Below are positions 1 through 10,825 of a stretch of 64,000 bases of DNA, piece by piece; the stretch's first letter is position 1; every line of letters begins with the position of its first letter. Both the position numbers and the translations under genes were made by a program. The notes under the pieces were generated by a model, which worked only from the letters and a program-made list of their open reading frames with translations, was not told where the DNA came from and ran no database searches. Source of the DNA: Ruditapes philippinarum (taxonomy: Eukaryota); contig NW_026851617.1 in the NCBI RefSeq assembly GCF_026571515.1, forward strand, positions 1 through 64,000. Reading direction: 5' to 3'.

Positions 1-371
1 TTGAATATGCTTTTCATATGATGCGAGTGGATGGTCTTTAATTACATTATCTCAATTTAATATAATCTTCTTATTTAAAAATTAGTAAAATTTACGGTAT
101 ATTGAAAAAAAGAAAAGGAGTGACATTCGCCATTTACCGCAACGTTCGGCGTAAGTTATCCCCCTTGATATGCTTGATTTTTGTTTTAAGTTTTCTAGTA
201 CTCTCTTTATGTCACTCAATACATTGAAAACTTTCACATTTCCTAGTAATGAATACCAGATGAGAACCAAAAATATTTATATATGGATCATGTTTTAATA
301 TTCCTTTTTTTTCAGTTAGGTGAAATCAGTTGGACCATATTACTAAAGTGTCTGTTTTCTCCATGTTAACA

Positions 372-1150
372 CCATAGGAACTCTGGAACAGGACCGCATA
401 TTGCGGCGCATAAATCCGAATCCGTACCGGCTTTACATATTGTTTGTCCGACCTTTGAATATCTTTTCATATTATGCGAGCGGGTGGTCTTTAATTATCT
501 AATCTCAATTTAATGTAATTTGCTAATTTAAAAATCAGTCAAATTTACGGTATATTGAAAAAAGAAAAGGAGTGACATCCGCCATTTACCGCAACGTTCG
601 GCGTAAGTTATCCCCCTTGATATGCTTGATTTTTGTTTTAATTTTTCTAGTAATGAATACCAGATGAGTGCCTAAAATAATTATTTATGGATTCCTTTTT
701 TCAGTTAGGCCAAATCAGTTGGACCATATTACTAAAGTGTCTGTTTTCTCCATGTTAACAAATCGAAACACGAATACGCCCGTTATAATGCCGCCTATAT
801 ATGTCAACACATGTAAACAATAAACCATCCGGACAATACCTGATAGTTGACAAAAATAACGGGAACAAAATTCTGAAAAAATAGTAATCAATTGTAGCCA
901 AAGGGGAAAAACTCATGCCGAAAACGTTGCGGCGAATGGCAGATGTCACTCCTTGTCTTTTTTTATAATACCGTAAAATATGACCAGTTTTAAAAGAGAC
1001 AGATTTGGTTCAATTGATAATATATTTTTTGAGTCCGTACACTCGGAAAATACTAAAAGATATTTAGATGTAGCAGAAACGTTTTTAAAAACCGTTACAC
1101 GATCGAAAATAAACGCCGCAATCTGCGGTCCCGTTCTCGAGTTCCTATGG
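372..1150 (+). mobile_element. 779-bp non-autonomous TIR element (CCATAGG...CCTATGG), 6-bp TSD TTAACA
   Basis: Left end ccataggaactctggaacaggaccgcatattgcggcg matches the reverse complement of the right end (ccataggaactcgagaacgggaccgcagattgcggcg). TTAACA lies at 366-371 and 1151-1156. There is an inner inverted segment, ~540-603 vs ~914-980. Confidence 0.9.
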
Positions 1151-1356
1151 TTAACACATCAAAGCAAGAATACGCCCGTTATAATGCCGCCTATACATGT
1201 CAACACTTGTTAACAATAAACCGTGAAAGTTATATCCGGACGACTTCTGATAGTTGACAAAAATAACGGGAACAAAATTCTGAAAAAATAGTAATTAATT
1301 GTAGCCAAAGGGGAAAAACTCATGCCGAACGTTGCGGAAAATGGCGGATGTCACTC

Positions 1357-2135
1357 CCATAGGAACTCGAGAACGGGACCGCAGATTGCGGCGTATATTT
1401 TCGATCGTGTAACGGTTTTTAAAAACGTTTCTGCTACATCTAAATATCTTTTAGTATTTTCCGAGTGTACGGACTCAAAAAATATATTATCAAATGAACC
1501 CAATCTGTCTCTTTTAAAACTTGTCATATTTTACGGTATTATAAAAAAAAGACAAGGAGTGACATCCGCCATTCGCCGCAACGTTTTCGGCATGAGTTTT
1601 TCCCCTTTGGCTACAATTGATTACTATTTTTTCAGAATTTTGTTCCCGTTATTTTTGTCAACTATCAGGTATTGTCCGGATGGTTTATTGTTTACATGTG
1701 TTGACATATATAGGCGGCATTATAACGGGCGTATTCGTGTTTCGATTTGTTAACATGGAGAAAACAGACACTTTAGTAATATGGTCCAACTGATTTGGCC
1801 TAACTGAAAAAAGGAATCCATAAATAAATATTTTAGGCACTCATCTGGTATTCATTACTAGAAAAATTAAAACAAAAATCAAGCATATCAAGGGGGATAA
1901 CTTACGCGAACGTTGCGGTAAATGGCGGATGTCACTCCTTTTCTTTTTTCAATATACCGTAAATTTGACTGATTTTTAAATTAGCAAATTACATTAAATT
2001 GAGATTAGATAATTAAAGACCACCCGCTCGCATAATATGAAAAGATATTCAAAGGTCGGACAAACAATATGTAAAGCCGGTACGGATTCGGATTTATGCG
2101 CCGCAATATGCGGTCCTGTTCCAGAGTTTCTATGG
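1357..2135 (-). mobile_element. Second 779-bp copy of the same element, inverted, 6-bp TSD TCACTC
   Basis: Near-identical reverse complement of 372-1150. TCACTC lies at 1351-1356 and 2136-2141. Confidence 0.9.
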
Positions 2136-2531
2136 TCACTCCTTGTCTTTTTTTATAATAGCGTAAAATTTGACCAGTGTTAAAAGAGACAGATTGGGTT
2201 CAATTGATCATATATTTTGAGGCCATATACTCGGATAATACTAAAAGATATTTAGATGTAGCAGAAACGCTTTTAAAAACCGTAACACGATCGAAAATAT
2301 GCGCCGCAATCTGCGGTCCCGTCCTCGAGTTCCTATGGACTTAACAGTTTTTAATTCCCTTTAGTTAAATCATATTTATTTCACTATTTCACATATGTTA
2401 CATTTTATATGTATATAAGTGTTACATAAAAATTCCCGTTAAGAATATGTTGATAGACCATAGTTATGAAAGTACACTGACATTTCTTTGTCAAGGCATG
2501 CGAACTTCCCCGATAATCACATATTTCTTCT

Positions 2532-2734
2532 TCATTTATTTCCAGCTGTGCTTGTTTTATTACCTGTCGGAATGTTCAGTGGGATAAAAGGAAAGGATAC
2601 CTTTGTACCGCTGTTCAGTGGAATGGTTTTTGCTGGGTTTGGCGGAGCATCGATGACCTTGATTGCTACATCAATGCTTCTCTGTTTTCCAGTTCTTCCC
2701 TGTAAATATTTCCAGTTTGATGATACCCTTATTC
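2532..2734 (-). CDS. Possible terminal coding exon of an unidentified gene
   Basis: Acceptor tttaaccctttaaacag precedes a phase-1 open frame IRVSSNWKYLQGRTGKQRSIDVAIKVIDAPPNPAKTIPLNSGTKVSFPFIPLNIPTGNKTSTAGNK*. Local GC is raised. No domain recognised. Confidence 0.3.
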
Positions 2735-2883
2735 CTGTTTAAAGGGTTAAACAATGTCTTCACCAAGGAACAGCAATATCTACATTAACAATGTCTGTAA
2801 TACACTATGGACCTACACACACACACGGATGGAAGCTCAAGCAGTAGTATTAAAAGCTTATATGACTGATAGCTTTTTAGCTA

Positions 2884-3200
2884 ATCTGGAAACATTTAAA
2901 ACAATTAGGGTATAAATCCAATGAAAATATTGTTTTAAAAATTGAAGGTGAAAACTGTCATAATCCTTCAAAAATTGCTAATCATTTTGAGCCTTTTTTA
3001 CAACTGTTGCTTCTAAGCTGGTTGATTGCTAGCAAATTGTTTGACATTGACTCATCAACTTTGTTAGATATTTTTTAATAATGACAGAAATGTTAAGATT
3101 GGAAAATGTGTCTGAGACATCTGTATATAAAGAACTTAATAATTTAAACGCATCAAGGAGTACTGGGTAAGACGAAATTCCTGCCAGATATTTAAAAAGA
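2884..3200 (+). mobile_element. Decayed LINE (CR1/L2-like) ORF2 fragment, region just N-terminal to the RT domain
   Basis: Frameshifted peptides IWKHLKQLGYKS / KIEGENCHNPSKIANHF / FTTVASKLV / LENVSETSVYKELNNLNASRSTG*DEIPARYLK match the typical LINE motifs IAN.FN.FF..V and L..L...KS.G.D.IP...LK. Confidence 0.75.
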
Positions 3201-3615
3201 TGTAGCTTTGTAGGAGCAAATCTTTTTCAGAGCACATTTATCTTATGTAAGACCGATACTGTATCATTTGTCCCTCATGAGACAAATGGGACCTCAAATG
3301 TCTACCAAAAACACAGTTGTGTGACTAATGTGGCCCATCAAGTTTTTTAAGGTAAAAGAAACCACAATTGTCTCATGTTTTTAATAGACAAGAAATTACG
3401 ATGTTCGCCATTTAACCTCATCTCCAGTGTAATCATCAATTGGTTTGCTAATGTTTTTTTTATTAAATGTTAAACCTAAAACTTATAGGTGAACTATTAA
3501 TTCTAATGTCTTTAATTCAAGAAATTTGATTGGATGAACCTGAAGGTGTACACTGAAATATACGAAATCCCGTTGACGATTGTACAATGATAAAAGCTGA
3601 AATGATGACACAATC

Positions 3616-4517
3616 GTACGATGGCGAAAACACAATGGTACGACGTGAAACAAAGATTGTATGATTGCGCAACAACGATGGTACGATGGCGAAAACACAA
3701 TGGTACGAACGTGAAACAAAGATTGTATGATTGCGCAACAACGATGGTACGATGGCGAAAACACAATGGTACGAACGTGAAACAAAGATTGTATGATTGC
3801 GCAACAACGATGGTACGATGGCGAAAACACAATGGTACGAACGTGAAACAAAGATTGTATGATTGCGCAACAACGATGGTACGATGGCGAAAACACAATG
3901 GTACGACGTGAAACAAAGATTGTATGATTGCGCAACAACGATGGTACGATGGCGAAAACACAATGGTACGAACGTGAAACAACGATTGTATGATTGCGCA
4001 ACAACGATGGTACGATGGCGAAAACACAATGGTACGACGTGAAACAAAGATTGTATGATTGCGCAACAACGATGGTACGATGGCGAAAACACAATGGTAC
4101 GAACGTGAAACAAAGATTGTATGATTGCGCAACAACGATGGTACGATGGCGAAAACACAATGGTACGACGTGAAACAAAGATTGTATGATTGCGCAACAA
4201 CGATGGTACGATGGCGAAAACACGATGGTACGACGTGAAACAAAGATTGTATGATTGCGCAACAACGATGGTACGATGGCGAAAACACAATGGTACGAAC
4301 GTGAAACAAAGATTGTATGATTGCGCAACAACGATGGTACGATGGCGAAAACACGATGGTACGAACGTGAAACAACGATTGTATGATTGCGCAACAACGA
4401 TGGTACGATGGTGAAAACACGATGGTACGAACGTGAAACAACGATTGTATGATTGCGCAACAACGATGGTACGATGGCGAAAACACGATGGTACGAACGT
4501 GAAACAACGATTGTATG
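3616..4517. repeat. Tandem array, 65/66-bp unit x ~14, built from three diverged ~22-bp subunits
   Basis: Unit acgatggcgaaaacacaatggt-acga(a)cgtgaaacaaagattgt-atgattgcgcaacaacgatggt. Unit starts at 3621, 3686, 3752, 3818 and onward. Confidence 0.95.
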
Positions 4518-5077
4518 ATGCTAGGATCAAGACACCAATTGTTTAATTGACTTGTTGGTTTCAATCGCAGTAATTCTTGGTGATAAAGATGAAAAGGAAG
4601 CCTAAAAGTCTGATTGAATATCCACCACGTACATTGTAAATAGAGATATCTTCTGTGTAAACTTGTATATTTACTTTATTTTTTGTATGACATTATTGAT
4701 ACAATGATATTTATTCTTTATCTTGCAAAGAGATAACTGTTTTATTTCACTTTTATTAAAAAAATGCCAAAAAAAACAACAAAAACATATGAGTTCATTA
4801 TTACACTCCAATACAGAGAAAGTACAGAAAGTACTGGAAAACGGCGTTTAGCTAGGTTTTCGAATTCTTTTTAAGGTCCAAGGGAAACAACTCTGACAAT
4901 TTACAAAATATAAATACATCCCAATTACTGGCCATGTTACATCTTAATGAACGATGATTCAATGTGCTACTTCAGTCATTTTGACATTGTACAAAAATAC
5001 GGACTATTTTAGTATAATTGTGTAGGAAACATAGGCTATTACTCCGTGGAAATATGTATTGCAAAATTTAAGTGTTG

Positions 5078-5195
5078 TTATGTCAAAATCAGTCAGAACT
5101 TAAGTGTATTTATGTCAAAATCAGTCAGAATTTATGTGTATTTATGTCAAATTAGTCAGACTTTAAGTGTATATATGTCAAAATCAGTCAGATTT
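5078..5195. repeat. Short ~32-bp tandem repeat x ~4
   Basis: tatgtcaaaatcagtcagaa(c/t)tta(a/t)gtgtatt repeated immediately before the 65-bp satellite. Confidence 0.8.
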
Positions 5196-5220
5196 TAGTA
5201 TGGAGAAGTTGGCACTGACA

Positions 5221-6283
5221 TCGAAGATCGAAGATCGAAATTCAGTTTCTAGTGAATTTCGAGCTAGCTTTGAACTTCGAGCTATCTCGAACATCGAAAT
5301 TCAAAGTAAACAAAAGCGAAATTCAAAATTTTCAAAAGTTGAATTTCGAGCTGGAGTTGAATTTCGAGCCAGCTCGAAGATCGAAATTCAAAATTTTCAA
5401 AAGTTGAATTTCGAGCCAGCTCGAAGATCGAAATTCAAAATTTTCTAAAGTTGAATTTCGAGCTGGAGTTGAATTTCGAGCCAGCTCGAAGATCGAAATT
5501 CAAAATTTGCAAAAGTTGAATTTCGAGCTGGAGTTGAATTTCGAGCCAGCTCGAAGATCGAAATTCAAAATTTTCAAAAGTTGAATTTCGAGCTGGAGTT
5601 GAATTTCGAGCCAGCTCGAAGATCGAAATTCAAAATTTGCAAAAGTTGAATTTCGAGCTGGAGTTGAATTTCGAGCCAGCTCGAAGATCGAAATTCAAAA
5701 TTTGCAAAAGTTGAATTTCGAGCTGGAGTTGAATTTCGAGCCAGCTCGAAGATCGAAATTCAAAATTTGCAAAAGTTGAATTTCGAGCTGGAGTTGAATT
5801 TCGAGCCAGCTCGAAGATCGAAATTCAAAATTTTCAAAAGTTGAATTTCGAGCTGGAGTTGAATTTCGAGCCAGCTCGAAGATCGAAATTCAAAATTTGC
5901 AAAAGTTGAATTTCGAGCTGGAGTTGAATTTCGAGCCAGCTCGAAGATCGAAATTCAAAATTTTCAAAAGTTGAATTTCGAGCTGGAGTTGAATTTCGAG
6001 CCAGCTCGAAGATCGAAATTCAAAATTTTCAAAAGTTGAATTTCGAGCTGGAGTTGAATTTCGAGCCAGCTCGAAGATCGAAATTCAAAATTTTCTAAAT
6101 TTGAATTTCGAGCTGGAGTTGAATTTCGAGCCAGCTCGAAGATCGAAATTCAAAATTTTCAAAAGTTGAATTTCGAGCTGGAGTTGAATTTCGAGCCAGC
6201 TCGAAGATCGAAATTCAAAATTTTCAAAACCCGAATTTCGAGCTGGAGTTGAATTTCGAGCCAGCTCGAAGATCGAAATTCAA
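5221..6283 (+). repeat. 65-bp TCGA-rich satellite array (~15-16 units)
   Basis: Unit gaatttcgagctggagttgaatttcgagccagctcgaagatcgaaattcaaaattt(t/g)caaaagtt, period 65 (5453, 5518...). Confidence 0.95.
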
Positions 6284-9200
6284 CAAGAATTTCAATTTTA
6301 TTGAACATTTTTTAAGAATCAACTTATTGCACCTAATCTTTTCAAAACTGTCATGTTTTCCAACGTTGAATGACCATTGACACTGACGTGCATGTTGACG
6401 TTACGTTACGTTATATTACACTGCAAATGAATTTCCGTAAGTGGTCATCTTTTTAACTTTTGTCAGATTTGTTCTTTTTTTTCACATTTTTATGCCTCAT
6501 TGTTGCCTTAAAAGAAAACATTCTCAAATTGTAGATAATGAATAAACAAAAATCTTAAAGATACACATTTGACACATGTTCTTCAAATATTGTCCTTTAC
6601 ATCAAGTTTAGTTGGTTTCTTTCAGTGCAGGACAGTTCCATTCGGAAAAAAAAATTGGGAAATTTGAGTAGGTTCTTTTGTCTGTACTTGCTAGGGACAC
6701 TGTCGAGGCTCTTTTGATGTTTATATGTTCTGTTCACTGACCATATAATCAGTATGCAATTGACATGTTCATAAAACCGGAAAATATTACATTTATTTAA
6801 AGCTTTACTTTTTTATGTTTTCTGACAAATGTCATATCACACTATTTCTTTCCTTTAAAAGAAAATGGTAATTCAGGATTACATCTTGGTTCTTTATTTT
6901 TGTATACAGAATCCGTATTTGCAAGATTACGAAATTTTGTATGCTAGGAATTTGCGGACTTTTAATAAAAAGATCCGTATTTAAGTAAAGTATAAAGTTG
7001 CCGTATATTTCGAATGTACGAATAACGATATTTGTCATGTACGTATTGCATGAAATACGGCCCTGTACACCTCCGTATTTTAAATTTCAGACCTATTTAT
7101 AAAAAATTTATGTAGAATCCCGTACACTTCGGTATATCTGCAGTGGTCATAATGTCTTTTATGGCGGAATTTTAACACAAATTTCAGCATAAAAGAAAAT
7201 AAAACAATTTCCGTTGAATACAGCAGCATTTAAGATAATGTATTTGCCGTTGGCTAGGAAGTACCCGTAACAGTTGTCAAGGATACGCAGCGAACGGTCT
7301 TTGTTGGTCAACTTTGACGTCCTGTACAAAAATTGGCTGAAATTATTTTAAAAAATCCAATGGAATCTAATCTGAAATATGTCAACATTTTACATGACGC
7401 TAGTGTCGCGTTCTACCTTAATTGCATTTTATGTTAATTATTGGCTGAAGTATATATTATAATGTGAAAGAAATTGTTTGGTGGTAATTAATTTGAGTAT
7501 TTGTGAAAAAGGTTTTTATTTAAGGAAATTACTGGAACACTTTTCTTACGCGGAGCAACATCTACTTTAAATACAGGCGGTGATGCGGCAAACCTAAATT
7601 ACAAGTTGAAGCTGTTTTGTCGGGAAAGAATAATAATGGTACTATCAAAATAATATAAAAAAAAACATGATAAAACTAGGTTAAAAAGGATTATTCGAAT
7701 ATATGGTTGATTTTGGGGATCGGAGGTTTGTCCTGGTCGTTACGAATGTGAATCTTGACTCGATAAATCTCGACACCAATCATATATCCTGAAGTATCTG
7801 AAATAGATCTTTTCTTATACGTGTATCTCGTATGTTTTCAAATTATTTTAATTACTCTCCTATATTTGAAAATAAGTACTCGTACAATTGTAAAATGACA
7901 TTAGGAGCTACCTTTGACGCAGAAAGCCTTCATGATTTAATAACAAGCATAAAGTGTCCAATATATACACAGGATATGTCAAATAATAAGTAGATTTTAA
8001 GATACGAATGAATAGGTGATGTCCAGCATATCATTGAAGTATTCCGAGTATTTCCGAATATCTCATCCGCTTATTTTGTTAATCTCTAATCAAAATAGTT
8101 TTTAATTTATTCAAACGTGATGATTTATCAAAATGGATATTAAAAAGTAATTTCTTATGTTCATCATCGTTACTTCAGTTCTTCTAAATGATTATAATGT
8201 TTATTTACTGATTTTCTACATCATACTTCTACCGGAAGTCTTCTTCGGGACAGAAGACTGCCACTAACAACTGTCTGACTTTTGTTGGCGCTTTAACAAC
8301 ATTTTTTTTTCAAAAGCGTCTTGAAATCTAATTACAACTCAAATATAGTACCAGTCCAAGAGTTTCAAATTGGCAGCGTCCAGTTAACTAAGGCTTTTTC
8401 TCTAACATGTTATAATAAGACATTATATTTTAACTGGATTAAAAATGTTATTTCAATTTAACTTATACATATCATACATGTTATCTCAGACCGCGTATAA
8501 TTTATTTAGATACTATTAATTTTTCTTCGGTTTTCCCCTGATAGCGGATGAAAGCGACTTCATAGTAAGTGCGCTAAATTTCACTCTGTCCCTGCTGGTA
8601 TTAATAGGTTAGTGTAATTCAGGAAATACAAGAAGTGTTGAAAAACTAACTTGGTTTTCATCGTGCTTACTCTGTATTTTGTAAAGGCATTCAAACAAGA
8701 AGAAGTGTTCATGTATATTTTGGGACATAAGAATAACCAACGAGTCATGTATTAACCCGCTGGAAGCTCCGGAATATACCGGAAAATAATATTTAGTGTG
8801 ATGCTCCAACGCTGTCTCACTCCTTGCGAATGCTTCCGAACAAAAATAGTCCAAGTATATATAGTTATCATTGCGATGAAACTTTCTTCTATATCAGTGA
8901 AGTTAACAATTTTGACATAAAAGTAACAAAACGCAATTATCTAGTTTTGTTAACAGTCTATGATGTAGGAAGCCATGTTATTTGTGCGCGTTTCCGTTCT
9001 CCACTGTATATACAGCGCACAGCCCGAGAAATTTTTTGTTTATATATTATCATTAATCAGCTTATAGTTATAATAATAACAATAATCAGTTCAGTTTGAA
9101 AAATTGTGACCTTTCATTTTCAGTGAAATAGAAATTCAAAGTAAGCTTGAAGTTGTTGGACAAAAATATTACAGCTTGATCGAATTTCAAATCTATTTTT

Positions 9201-9809
9201 CAGTAGATAAAGACAATTTTGTATCTTATCTTGCAAGCATATATGCTTCAATGTATACCATGTTATACAATAACAAGCAACTGCTATTTCCGTTCATTAT
9301 TACCTTAGGAAGAAGACTTGATTATCACAAACACAATTTAGACGTTTTATCCCCGGTTACTAGTACATTCCGATAAGAAATCTTACTTATGATGAGCGCT
9401 TGTTCGTATCATTTACAGTGTTTTTAAACAAAAGGAAAGACCGACACTCTCTTAACTTAATATAACCATACAACGATTGGCGCACTTGATTGTCTTTGAT
9501 TGATTTAGCAATAGTGATGATATATTCTAAGATATTTATGTGATACTCTCTAGGATTTAAAGCAGAAAAACGTAATGCCTATTTAATTTCCATAAAAGCT
9601 AAAGGCGTATGTTATTGTAATTTATTACGACTGTGTTATTCCGACAGTGCACCGTTTCTAATGTGTCTCTTATAACAACATGTGGCAGAATCAGTGTTTG
9701 GACACCCACCCCATCATGCCCCTGGATCCCTGCTACAACCCTGAAAAAAAAAAGAATTCAACAATCTGATTCAATACTCTGAGTCTTACTATATGATATC
9801 AAATACAAA

Positions 9810-10046
9810 TGAGCCGCGTCATGACAAAACCAACATAATGGGTTTGCGGCCAGCATGGATCCAGACCAGCCTGCGCATCCGCGCAGTCTGATCAGGATTC
9901 ATGCTGTTCGCTTACAAACCCTATAACAAGTACAGAAACTGATAGCGAACAGCATGGATCCTGATCAGACTGCGCGGATGCGCAGGCTGGTCTGGATCCA
10001 TGCTGGTCGCAAACACATTATGTTGGTTTTGTCGTGACACGGCTCA
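9810..10046. mobile_element. ~237-bp palindromic (hairpin) MITE, copy 1
   Basis: ~100-bp arms tgagccgcgtca..acaaaaccaacataatgggtttgcg..cagcatggatccagaccagcctgcgcatccgcgcagtctgatcagga..catgctgttcgct, inverted around a ~35-bp loop. Further copies at 13245 and 58681. Confidence 0.9.
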
Positions 10047-10723
10047 AATATTAAAACAAATCATAGCTAGATAGTGATGGTTTTGAAAACTCGTCCGAAG
10101 TACTGAAGTTACACATCGCAACTTTTCGAATTACAAGATAACGATAAAAACCGAGATATTCTGATTGAAAACGGAAGCGTAGACTGGTGTTCTGCGTACT
10201 TACCAATCTCCTACGCAGTGATCACCCCTTACAGCAGGATTAGATATTACAATTCTGCCAAGGGAAGTAATCAGTGTGAGGAGTTTGCGTACTTACATGG
10301 GAACCATAATTGGACAGGGGACCAGTATAAACGGAAGCAGTGAATAAAATACCGAATTACAATTTTAAAACGGAAAATGTAAAATAAAAATGAACGTTTA
10401 TTTTATACTTATTCGCTTTAAAAGTAAATCGAGCTCGCTTTAAGGCTTTGCTCTTTTCATATAAGTTATAACTGTAATTTTGATAGTGGGATATTTTAAA
10501 AAAAAAATTATCGGTGGTTTCCCTCGGGACGGATATTCCGGTCCGAAGCTCGACATATGACAGATATTATTATTCTTGCATAGCAGACTGGCGTTTCATT
10601 GAGTTTTACCGATGCCGGAAATTTCATCTGGCATGGGAGAGCGAGATGAGTCGCCTGCCAAACAACAAGGTCATTTTAGCGCACTTTATGAATGAACCGC
10701 GTTAAAATGATGTCGTTTTAGAA

Positions 10724-10825
10724 GGGAACAAGAAAAGCATTGATGCAAAGCATCAAAGGGCGTCCAAACAGCAGGTGCAGATGAACTAGTAGATATATGA
10801 TGACAAGATATTCTTATAAACTTTT
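10724..10825 (+). repeat. Dispersed repeat fragment; inverted copy at ~61958-62067
   Basis: aacaagaaaagcattgatgcaaagcatcaaagggcgtccaa...gatgacaagatattcttataaacttt matches the reverse complement of 61958-62067. Confidence 0.75.

Larger units (their letters stand above)
1..2338 (+). mobile_element. Older host copy of a ~0.8-kb non-autonomous TIR DNA transposon (left end upstream of the window), split by two younger copies of itself
   Basis: Segments 1-371, 1157-1356 and 2142-2338 join to give a diverged version of the 372-1150 element and end in the same terminus (...ctcgagttcctatgg, 2338). Confidence 0.85.

Noticed and set aside
755-1753. ORFs 755-949 (-) and 1322-1753 (+) sharing the same peptide
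   Set aside because: A by-product of the inverted transposon copies, with no transposase motifs.
3483-4564. Three overlapping 326-350-aa minus-strand ORFs and two plus-strand ORFs
   Set aside because: They are translations of a 65/66-bp satellite, and the peptides swap frames at 1-bp indels.
3616-6283. CRISPR-like regular repeats (also 27058-27509)
   Set aside because: The units are contiguous with no unique spacers, there are no cas genes, and the context is eukaryotic.
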